Positions 19,717 to 27,627 of a stretch of 48,512 nt of DNA are shown piece by piece (position 1 is the stretch's first letter; every line of letters begins with the position of its first letter). The stretch comes from Marivivens sp. (GTDB lineage: Bacteria; Pseudomonadota; Alphaproteobacteria; Rhodobacterales; Rhodobacteraceae), in contig JALRLK010000048.1 in assembly GCA_023254495.1 (NCBI GenBank), forward strand, positions 1 to 48,512. Direction: 5' to 3'. The notes under the pieces are model-generated. The model was not told where the DNA came from. It saw nothing but the letters and a program-made list of their open reading frames with translations, and did not search any database. The position numbers and the translations under genes are program-made.

Positions 19717-21296
19717 TGCCCAAGGGCGGGATTGCACTGGCGGCTCTGATCGTGGTTTCAGGCGTCGCGGCCGCCCAGGAAAACTCGGGTCAGCCCCTAT
19801 CGGCAATCGATTGGCTCTCGCGCAGCGTTGAGACGCCCATGTTCGATGCGGGGCTTGCCCCTGTCGATCCGCTGAACGGCGGGCTTACGGTCCGCAGGCT
19901 TGAAGAGCCAGGGACTGCCGCGGTCCTTCTTCCTTCCATTTCTGTTTCGACAATCGATACGGCCTCACCTGACGTAGTCGGCCTATTGCCTTCGGCGGTT
20001 ACCGGATTTCCACGCACTTTATGGTCGAGCAGCGTTGAAAAAGACCTGACGAAACTTGTCTCCGACGTTCCGGTCAGCCTGCTCCCCGGCCTTCGCGATC
20101 TTTATCTACGGCTTCTCTTGGCCGAGGCAGACGCCCCGATCGGCGCGGGCCCCGAGGGCAATCTCTTTCTGGCGCGGGTTGACCGGCTGTTGGATCTCGG
20201 TGCGATTGATCAGGCCAACGCCCTTCTCGAGGCTGCCGACCCGACGACCCCCGATCAGTTCCGCCGCTGGTTTGACGTGGCGCTCTTGCTCGGCACCGAG
20301 GATTTCGCCTGCGCCGTGATGCGCGACAAGCCGGACGTCGCGCCGACCTATCTTGGCCGCATCTTCTGTATGGCGCGGGGCGGCGACTGGCATACCGCCG
20401 CGCTGATCCTCAACACGGGCCGCGCCTTGGGCGATATCACCGAGGAAGAGGATGCGCTTCTGTCGCGCTTTCTCGATCCTGATCTCTATTCCGGCGAACC
20501 GCCGCTTCCGATCCCCTCGCGCGTGAGCCCCTTGATCTTTCGGATGCGGGAAGCGATTGGCGAGGGCGTTCCAACCTCGATGCTGCCCCTCGCGTTCGCG
20601 CACGCCGATCTGCGGGAGACCGCCGGTTGGCGGACCCAGCTTGAAGCTGCCGAACGCCTCGCGCGGAACGGGGCTGTGAACGAAAACCTTCTTCAGGCCC
20701 TCTATACGGCCCATACTCCAGCGGCCTCCGGGGGGGTCTGGGATCGCGCAGCGGCGTTTCAGACCTTCGATGCCGCTCTGCGAAGCCGGGATACCGAAGC
20801 GATAGCGGCGACGCTCCCTGCGGCATGGACAGCGATGCGTATGGCGCGCACCGAGGTGGGCTTTGCCCGTCTGTACGGACGCGATATGGCGGGTCTACCC
20901 CTGCAAGGGGAAACCTCGCGACTGGCGTTCCTGATCGGCCTTCTGTCGCAGGACTCAACCCAGATCGCCACGATTCGACAACCGACCAACGAGACAGAAG
21001 CCTTCCTTCGGCAACTGGCCCTCGGCGATCTGACATCGACACAAGGCCAGACGCTTCGCACCGCCGCCATCGCCGCGGGATTTGACGGGGCCGCACCGCC
21101 AGACGCGCTGGCGGCACTTCTGGCCGAGGGCAAAAGCGGTGAGGCGCTTCTTCGCGGCATCCGATTACTGGCAGAGGGCTCGATCGGCGATCCTTCCCTC
21201 GTTAGTCAGGGCCTGCGCCTTCTACGGGCCATGGGGCTAGAGGCTGACGCGCGGCGCATTGCTCTGCAATATCTTATCCTCGAGAGACCATTGTGA
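19716..21296 (+). CDS. Exported hypothetical protein (526 aa, Ala/Leu-rich, probably all-helical)
   Basis: Signal peptide MPKGGIALAALIVVSGVAAAQE. A long uninterrupted ORF with codon usage like its neighbours. It is translationally coupled on both sides. I recognise no family. Confidence 0.6.
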   Translation: MPKGGIALAALIVVSGVAAAQENSGQPLSAIDWLSRSVETPMFDAGLAPVDPLNGGLTVRRLEEPGTAAVLLPSISVSTIDTASPDVVGLLPSAVTGFPRTLWSSSVEKDLTKLVSDVPVSLLPGLRDLYLRLLLAEADAPIGAGPEGNLFLARVDRLLDLGAIDQANALLEAADPTTPDQFRRWFDVALLLGTEDFACAVMRDKPDVAPTYLGRIFCMARGGDWHTAALILNTGRALGDITEEEDALLSRFLDPDLYSGEPPLPIPSRVSPLIFRMREAIGEGVPTSMLPLAFAHADLRETAGWRTQLEAAERLARNGAVNENLLQALYTAHTPAASGGVWDRAAAFQTFDAALRSRDTEAIAATLPAAWTAMRMARTEVGFARLYGRDMAGLPLQGETSRLAFLIGLLSQDSTQIATIRQPTNETEAFLRQLALGDLTSTQGQTLRTAAIAAGFDGAAPPDALAALLAEGKSGEALLRGIRLLAEGSIGDPSLVSQGLRLLRAMGLEADARRIALQYLILERPL

Positions 21297-22246
21297 GCGG
21301 CCCCGCCCGTCAGTCCGACTGGATCGCGGGCTTTCTTGCCGCCCAAGCGGCCGAGCTCAATGCCGCAAAGAACACGCTTTTGAGCTATGGGCGTGATCTA
21401 AGCGATTTCTCGGAATGGCTGGGCCGGAGGGGTTCGGATTTTGCGGTGGTGCAGCAGGAGACCATCGAAGCCTATCTCATCGCCTGCGAGGCGGATGGCC
21501 TTGCCAAATCAACCCGCGCCCGAAGACTTTCGTCGATCAAACAGCTCTTTCGGTTTGCTTTCGACGAAGGCTGGCGCGGCACGAATCCCGCCCTGAAAAT
21601 CAAAGGGCCCGGACGAAACCAGAGCCTGCCAAAGACCTTGTCGCTTGCCGAGGTGGATCGCCTGTTGGCCGCGGCCCACGATAGCGGGCGGGAGGCGCTT
21701 CGCAATACCTGCCTCATGGAGCTTCTCTACGCCACGGGGATGCGCGTGAGCGAGCTGGTCGGCCTGCCGATCGCGGCGGCCCGAGGCCATCCAAAGATGC
21801 TTCTCGTGCTTGGCAAAGGCGGGAAGGAGCGGTTGGTGCCCCTTTCGGGCCCCGCCCGTGAGGCGCTTGCAACTTGGCTCGAAGTGCGCGACGAGGCGGA
21901 GGCCGTGGCGACGCGACGGGGTCTTCCGGCTTCGCGTTTTCTGTTCCCGTCGTCGGGCAAAGAGGGCCACCTGACGCGCCATCATTTCTATGTTCTCATC
22001 AAGAACCTGGCCGTCGCGGCGGGAGTGTCTCCGTCAAAGGTTACGCCCCACACCCTGCGCCACGCTTTCGCAACACATCTTCTTGCGGGCGGCGCCGACC
22101 TGCGTGCGATCCAGACCATGCTGGGTCATGCCGATGTGGCAACGACCGAAATCTACACCCATGTTCTTGAAGAGCGCCTCCGCGAGCTGGTGATTGAACA
22201 CCATCCCCTTGCAGGCGGAACAGCAAAAACCCGCGCCAAGCCTTGA
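21293..22246 (+). CDS. xerD: Site-specific tyrosine recombinase XerD
   Basis: 317 aa. Catalytic region HTLRHAFATHLLAGGADLRAIQTMLGHADVATTEIYTHV. The GTG start overlaps the upstream stop (GTGA). Confidence 0.9.
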   Translation: MSGPARQSDWIAGFLAAQAAELNAAKNTLLSYGRDLSDFSEWLGRRGSDFAVVQQETIEAYLIACEADGLAKSTRARRLSSIKQLFRFAFDEGWRGTNPALKIKGPGRNQSLPKTLSLAEVDRLLAAAHDSGREALRNTCLMELLYATGMRVSELVGLPIAAARGHPKMLLVLGKGGKERLVPLSGPAREALATWLEVRDEAEAVATRRGLPASRFLFPSSGKEGHLTRHHFYVLIKNLAVAAGVSPSKVTPHTLRHAFATHLLAGGADLRAIQTMLGHADVATTEIYTHVLEERLRELVIEHHPLAGGTAKTRAKP

Positions 22247-22298
22247 TGGACGCGGGGGAAATCCCCATAACAGGGGCAATCAACCCTGAAAGATTGAA

Positions 22299-23600
22299 AT
22301 GTCTACCCCGATCCTCGATGCGGCCTTCTGGATGACCGCCGCAGCCATCTTTGTTCTTCTGATCCTTTCGGCCTTTTTTTCGGGCTCGGAAACCGCACTG
22401 ACCGCCTCGTCACGGGGCAAGTTGCGAACGGCAGCCGACCGTGGTTCCAAGGGTGCCTACAAGGCGCTCAAGGTGACCGAAGATAGCGAACGGCTGATTG
22501 GATCGATCCTTCTGGGCAACAACGTGGTGAACATCCTCGCCACTTCGCTCGCCACAGCACTGCTGACCAAGCTGTTTGGCCAAAACGGCGTGGCCTATGC
22601 CACGCTGGCGATGACGGCGCTTATCCTGATCTTTTCCGAGGTCTTGCCCAAGACCTATGCCATCACCAACCCTGAAACGGTCGCCGCGCGGGTTTCGGGC
22701 CCGATCTATTGGGTGACTCTGATCTTGTCGCCGATTGTAAGCGCGGTGCGGGCCTTCGTCCGGCTTGTCCTGTGGGTTTTTGGGGTCAAGACCGATCCCG
22801 ACAGCCATATCCTTGCCGTGCGCGAGGAAATCGCTGGCGCTTTGCAGCTTGGCCATTCGGAAGGGATCGTCGAGAAAGAGGATCGCGACCGGATCCTCGG
22901 TGCGCTCGATCTTGGCGAGCGGATGATTGAAGAGGTGATGACCCACCGCTCTTCGATCGAGATGATCGACGCCAATTTGCCCGCCGAAGAGATCATGGCC
23001 CGCTGTCTCGAGAGCGCCTATACACGGCTGCCTCTCTACAAGGGCGATCAGGACAATATCGTTGGCGTCGTTCACGCCAAAGACCTTTTGCGTGCCATGC
23101 ACAAACTCCTCGACGATGGGGTGATCGACCACGAAGAGCTTGAGAAATTCGATATTCTCTCGGTGACGATGCCGCCCTACTTCGTGCCGGAAACCACGAC
23201 CCTCGACGACCAGATGCGCGCTTTCCTCGCGCGCAAGTCGCACTTCGCCCTAGTGGTCGATGAATATGGCGGCCTGCAAGGTCTTGTGACGCTGGAAGAC
23301 ATCCTTGAAGAGATCGTCGGCGAGATCGCGGACGAGTTCGACATCGAAGAGGAAAGCCAGATCGAGCGAGCGGCCGATGGATCCTATATCGTCGATGGCG
23401 CGATGACACTGCGCGACCTCAACCGCGCCCATGACTGGGCCTTGCCCGATGACGAGGCCAATACGGTCGCGGGCCTTGTCATCCACGAGGCGCAGACCAT
23501 CCCGACCGTGGGCCAAGTCTTTACCTTCTACGGATTCCGTTTCGAGGTCTTGGCGAAAGACCAGAACCGTATCTCTAGCCTGAAGGTGCGAAAGCTCTAG
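22299..23600 (+). CDS. HlyC/CorC family transporter (DUF21 membrane domain, CBS pair, CorC_HlyC domain)
   Basis: 433 aa. N-terminal membrane domain with FFSGSETALTA, a CBS-pair region and a C-terminal transporter-associated domain. Confidence 0.88.
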   Translation: MSTPILDAAFWMTAAAIFVLLILSAFFSGSETALTASSRGKLRTAADRGSKGAYKALKVTEDSERLIGSILLGNNVVNILATSLATALLTKLFGQNGVAYATLAMTALILIFSEVLPKTYAITNPETVAARVSGPIYWVTLILSPIVSAVRAFVRLVLWVFGVKTDPDSHILAVREEIAGALQLGHSEGIVEKEDRDRILGALDLGERMIEEVMTHRSSIEMIDANLPAEEIMARCLESAYTRLPLYKGDQDNIVGVVHAKDLLRAMHKLLDDGVIDHEELEKFDILSVTMPPYFVPETTTLDDQMRAFLARKSHFALVVDEYGGLQGLVTLEDILEEIVGEIADEFDIEEESQIERAADGSYIVDGAMTLRDLNRAHDWALPDDEANTVAGLVIHEAQTIPTVGQVFTFYGFRFEVLAKDQNRISSLKVRKL

Positions 23601-23610
23601 GGCGAGGCTG

Positions 23611-25120
23611 CTAGCGCGACTTGAACATGCTGCCGAGGATGCCGCGGATGATCCGGCGGCCTGTCGTGCCTTTCATCTCTTTGACGAAGGCTGTGGCCAG
23701 CGCATCGGCGAGGCCTTCGTCCTTGGCGCCAGCCGCCCGCGATGATCGCTTGACGCTTCCGCCATACCTCCGCGCGGCAGTAAACTCGCGGGTCTCGTTT
23801 GCGGCCTCGGCCTCTTCGGCCGCGGCATTCGCCTTGCGGGCCAGCATTTCGGCCGCCGAGTCGCGATCGAGCCTCTGATCGTATTTGCCCGCAACCGGAG
23901 GGGCCGCCATCAACGCCGCCCGCGTGGTAGGGTCGATCGGACCAAGCTGCGAAGAAGGCGGCCGGATCAGCGTCCGCTCCACGATCCCCGGCACGCCCTT
24001 GGCATCGAGCATTGAAGTCACGGCCTCGCCGGTTCCCACCTGCATAATTGCCTCTGCGGTATCGAAACGAGGGTTGGGACGATAGGTCGCCGAGGCCTGC
24101 CGCAGCGCCTTTTGGTCGTTTGCGGTAAAGGCCCGAAGCGCGTGTTGGACCCGATTGCCCAACTGGCCGAGCACAACCTCGGGCACATCCGCAGGATTTT
24201 GCGTGACGAAAAACACGCCAACTCCCTTGGAGCGGATCAACCGCGCCACCTGTTCAACCTTTTCGACCAGCACCTTGGGGGCATCGTCGAACAAGAGATG
24301 CGCCTCGTCGAAGAAGAACACCAGCTTGGGCTTGTCGGGATTGCCTACCTCGGGAAGCTCTTCGAACAGCTCGCTCAAGAGCCACAGAAGAAAGGTCGCA
24401 TAAAGCCGCGGCGAGGCCATCAACTGATCGGCGGCAAGGATGTTGATCCGGCCGCGACCCTCCGCATCAAGGCGCATCAGATCGGCAAGATCCAGCGCCG
24501 GTTCCCCGAAAAGCTGGGCGCCGCCTTGGTTTTCCAGCACCAGAAGCTGCCGCTGGATCGCCCGACCGAGGCGCTGGCCACGTTGCCGTAGCATAACAAC
24601 AGATCTTTTGAGTTTTGCCCGACCCAGACTAGCAGAGCTTGCAGATCTTCAAGATCCAGCAGCGGCTAGCCCTGCTCGTCGGCCACGCGGAAGGCTACGT
24701 TGAGCACGCCCTCCTGTACCTCGGTCAACTCGAGCAGACGGCTGAGAAGAAGCGGCCCCATCTCGGCGACGGTGGCGCGGATCGGATGACCCTGCGTACC
24801 AAAGAGATCCCAGAATGTCGCCGGAAATGCCGAATAGGCCAGATCAAGCCCGATCGTCGCCGCGCGTTTCATAAAGGCATCGTGCAGCTTGAAATCGCTG
24901 CTGCCCGCGGCACCAAGCCCCGACAGATCACCCTTCACATCGGACAGAAACACCGGCACCCCGGCTTGAGAAAGCCCCTCGGCGAGGATCTGAAGCGTGA
25001 CGGTCTTTCCGGTGCCCGTCGCTCCGGCAATCAACCCGTGACGTTGGCATAGTTGAGAAGAAGGTTCTGGGGTTCGGCGTGGCCTTCACCGCCGCCGCCA
25101 AGAAAAATCGTCGCGCTCAT
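23611..25120 (-). pseudogene. DUF853/YjgR-type (HerA-like) P-loop ATPase gene, disrupted by two frameshifts and one in-frame amber codon
   Basis: Homology is spread over three frames. [26 protein letters not shown] (from ATG 25120) stops at TGA 25033-25031. [21 protein letters not shown]...RVADEQG ends at TAG 24668-24666. Then [16 protein letters not shown]...[10 protein letters not shown] shifts frame at the ccc run 24561-24563 into [14 protein letters not shown]...ILGSMFKSR (to 23611). Confidence 0.75.
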
Positions 25121-25189
25121 ATCTCACCCCAAAAGTCATTCACCACCAATACGTTCGGGACAAAGATACATCGTTAGTAGTTGGATGCT

Positions 25190-25269
25190 AGATGGAAGAG
25201 GCCGGCCATGTCCTCTTTGCCGGCAACCTCCCTGTTGGACTGGCCGTGCCTTCGCGCACGGCCTTTTTT
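25190..25269 (+). ncRNA. Candidate small RNA 1 (5' end undetermined) ending in a strong orphan terminator; CUCCCU hairpin loop
   Basis: Hairpin aagagg-N10-cctctt (25196-25217). Hairpin caac-CUCCCU-gttg (25224-25237). Then the terminator 25242-25269. No plus-strand gene lies upstream; the region borders the start of a minus-strand pseudogene. Confidence 0.35.
25242..25269 (+). terminator. Intrinsic terminator with no upstream plus-strand CDS
   Basis: GGCCGTGC-cttcgc-GCACGGCC followed by TTTTTT. On the minus strand no T-tract follows, so it is plus-oriented. Confidence 0.8.
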
Positions 25270-25349
25270 CGCCCGCGACTGTCAGGTTCTTTTTGTTCAC
25301 CAAGCCGTGATAATCCGGGTTGACCCACCCTTTGTCTTTTCGTAGCGTC

Positions 25350-25416
25350 ACGCCAATTAGTCGGCCAAGTCCGACAGGGAGAGTTGGGAAAAGGGATCGT
25401 TTTCGGTCCCTTTTTT
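25350..25416 (+). ncRNA. Candidate small RNA 2 (~60 nt) with its own sigma70-like promoter and terminator
   Basis: TTGACC (25320-25325), a 17-nt spacer, then TAGCGT (25343-25348). Hairpin gtcgg-ccaagt-ccgac (25360-25375). Terminator at 25393-25416. Confidence 0.35.
25393..25416 (+). terminator. Intrinsic terminator upstream of the ialB-like gene
   Basis: GGGATCG-tttt-CGGTCCC (7 bp, one G-U pair) followed by TTTTTT. An A-run lies upstream, so it could work in both directions. Confidence 0.65.
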
Positions 25417-25544
25417 CATTTGGGGCCGAAGGTTTGCAGGCCTGACAGCGGCAAAACCATGCCGATCGGGCCTCCAATACCCCCTGACTTCCCAGCCGAG
25501 ACAGTGTAGACCCCTAATCAACGAAACCCATACGGGAAGATACC

Positions 25545-26129
25545 ATGAAAAAGAGCTTTTCGCTTGTCGCCGCCCTTGCCTTCGCAGCCCTTGCGGGACC
25601 GGTCCATGCACAAGAGGCCACGAACCCTTCCGCCGGCCTCGATATGGGTCAGGTCGATGGGGAAATGCCTGCGGGCGCGCCTTATATCAAGGAACAGTTT
25701 GGCGATTGGGCCCTGCGTTGCCTCAACAATCCTGAAGGCGATGATCCCTGCCAGCTTTACCAGCTCCTGATGGATGGCGAAGGAAATTCCGTGGCCGAGA
25801 TCAGTATGTTTCTCCTGCCCGAGGGCGGGCAAGCCGCAGCCGGAGCGACGATCATGACGCCGCTTGGCACGCTTCTGACCGAAGGCCTGGTGATCAGCGT
25901 CGATGGCGCCTCGCCCCGCCGCTATGTCTATACGTTCTGCAACGTGAACGGCTGTGCAGCGCGTGTCGGTTTTACTGCCGAAGAGCTGGCCCAGTTCAAA
26001 GGCGGCACAAGTGCAGTGGTGCGGCTCGTCTCAGCCGCCAATCCCGGTCAGCCGGTCATGCTTACCATGTCGCTCAAAGGCTTTACTGCCGGTATCGAGA
26101 GCCCGCTCGTTCAGGGCGCGGCCAACTGA
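25545..26129 (+). CDS. Invasion-associated locus B (IalB) family periplasmic protein
   Basis: 194 aa. Signal peptide MKKSFSLVAALAFAALAGPVHAQE. The core (FGDWALRC...CQLYQ...FCNVNGCAARVGF) has the conserved Cys pattern of the IalB family. Confidence 0.75.
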   Translation: MKKSFSLVAALAFAALAGPVHAQEATNPSAGLDMGQVDGEMPAGAPYIKEQFGDWALRCLNNPEGDDPCQLYQLLMDGEGNSVAEISMFLLPEGGQAAAGATIMTPLGTLLTEGLVISVDGASPRRYVYTFCNVNGCAARVGFTAEELAQFKGGTSAVVRLVSAANPGQPVMLTMSLKGFTAGIESPLVQGAAN

Positions 26130-26130
26130 C

Positions 26131-27345
26131 CTAGCCTGAATAGCGCCTCAACGCGATCACCGCGTTGAGGCCACCAAAGGCGAGTGCGTTGGACAGGGCG
26201 ACCTCGACCCTCGCCTCGCGCGCCTCATTCGGCACTACATCCAGCGCACAGTCAGGATCAGGCACCTCAAAGCCGACGGTGGGAGGGACAACGCCTTCCC
26301 GCAGGGCCATGAGGCACGCCAAAAGCTCAACCGCGCCGGTGCCGCCGATCAGGTGGCCGTGCATGGATTTCGTCGACGAAATCATCAGATTTTTCGCGTG
26401 GGCTCCGAATACCTCGGAAACCGCGGCGCACTCGGTTCGGTCATTGGCGGCCGTCCCGGTCCCGTGTGCGTTGATATAGCCAACCTCGCTCAAGGCTATG
26501 CCCGCATCTCTGATCGCTCCGGCAATCGCCCGCGCCACCCCTTCCCGCGATGGAAGGACGATATGGGTTGCGTCTGAGGTCATGGCAAAACTGATGATTT
26601 CGGCAAGTATCTCGGCGCCGCGCGCTTTGGCGGCCTCGAGCTCTTCGAAAACGAAGATCCCTGCTCCCTCGCCCTGCACCATGCCGTTCCGGTTCGCGCT
26701 GAATGGGCGGCAGGCATCGGGCGACATGACCCGCAGCCCCTCCCAAGCCTTGATCCCGCCAAAGCACAGCATCGATTCCGATCCGCCGGCCAGCATCGTA
26801 TCGCAAAGGCCCGACCGGATCATATGAAAAGCAAGACCAATCGCATGGTTGGAAGAAGCGCAGGCGGTGGAGACGGTGAAAGACGGGCCTCGCAGGTTCC
26901 ATGCCATCGAGACATGGCTCGCGGCGGCATTGCTCATCAACTTGGGCACGATGAACGGGTGAACCCGGTTCTTTCCCTCTTCATAGACCGCGCGGTAATT
27001 ATCGTCTTGCGTTCTCAGCCCGCCCCCTGAGGTTCCAAGAACAACACCGGCGCGATCGGCAAACTCGTCCCTGATGTCCAGCCCGGACTGGCGCATCGCT
27101 TGCTGCGCTGCGATCATCGCAAATTGGGTAAATCTATCGTAGAGCGTGATCTGCTGGCGATCGAAATATCTGGTTTCGTCGAAGCCGCGAACCTGAGCGC
27201 CTATTTTCACAGAAAGCCTATCGACATCCCGGATATCGAGCGGTCCGATGCCACAGCGGCCTTCTCGAAATGCCTTGTAGGTGCCGTCAACATCATGGGC
27301 GATGGCGTTGATCGTCCCTGCCCCGGTGATGACAACGCGCCTCAT
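26131..27345 (-). CDS. Beta-ketoacyl-ACP synthase, KAS I/II (FabF/NodE-like)
   Basis: 404 aa. Cys-His-His triad contexts are present: VSTACASSNHA, INAHGTGTAAND, KSMHGHLIGGTG. The start overlaps the ACP stop (ATGA). Confidence 0.9.
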   Translation of the reverse strand: MRRVVITGAGTINAIAHDVDGTYKAFREGRCGIGPLDIRDVDRLSVKIGAQVRGFDETRYFDRQQITLYDRFTQFAMIAAQQAMRQSGLDIRDEFADRAGVVLGTSGGGLRTQDDNYRAVYEEGKNRVHPFIVPKLMSNAAASHVSMAWNLRGPSFTVSTACASSNHAIGLAFHMIRSGLCDTMLAGGSESMLCFGGIKAWEGLRVMSPDACRPFSANRNGMVQGEGAGIFVFEELEAAKARGAEILAEIISFAMTSDATHIVLPSREGVARAIAGAIRDAGIALSEVGYINAHGTGTAANDRTECAAVSEVFGAHAKNLMISSTKSMHGHLIGGTGAVELLACLMALREGVVPPTVGFEVPDPDCALDVVPNEAREARVEVALSNALAFGGLNAVIALRRYSG

Positions 27346-27599
27346 GCCTTGTCACGCACCAAGCCTTCCACCGCCGCAATGACCGCCGCGACCGAGGAGA
27401 TATCGAACGCGCCAGAACTTGGGTCATTTGCATTGAAAGGCACGGCTATATCAAAGGCCTCTTCGATGGCGAAGATGCTTTCCACTAGGCCAAGGCTGTC
27501 AATACCGAGATTTTCAAGCGAATGGTCGGGGTTGATGTCCGAAGGATCGATCATCGCTTGTTCGGCAATGATCTCGATGACTTTGGCCCCAACATCCAT
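27342..27599 (-). CDS. Acyl carrier protein (dedicated, non-AcpP)
   Basis: 85 aa from ATG 27599. Phosphopantetheine attachment motif LGIDSLGLVE. Acidic helical protein. Confidence 0.85.
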   Translation of the reverse strand: MDVGAKVIEIIAEQAMIDPSDINPDHSLENLGIDSLGLVESIFAIEEAFDIAVPFNANDPSSGAFDISSVAAVIAAVEGLVRDKA

Positions 27600-27627
27600 G
27601 GCCCAACTCCCCATTCCGACCGAAGGA

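Noticed and set aside
21293-22246. A tyrosine recombinase as a possible marker of an integrated mobile element or island.
   Set aside because: The sequence is XerD-like (the housekeeping dif recombinase). It is flanked by core genes (aroK/aroB, CorC-type transporter). I saw no attachment-site repeats, phage genes or transposase genes, and no compositional break.
25384-25509. A 41-codon TTG-initiated plus-strand ORF starting right after AGGGAGAG in the 25.1-25.5 kb spacer.
   Set aside because: The SD-like sequence is only 2-3 nt from the TTG. The ORF reads straight through the terminator hairpin, and its product (MGKGIVFGPFFHLGPKVCRPDSG...) has no protein-like features. An RNA-level interpretation is preferred.
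26127-26133. The convergent ialB-like and KAS genes end 1 nt apart (TGA 26127-26129, TAG 26133-26131), leaving no room for a terminator.
   Set aside because: This is a real observation and implies overlapping 3' transcript ends. Such tight convergent junctions are common, and I see no further structure to interpret.
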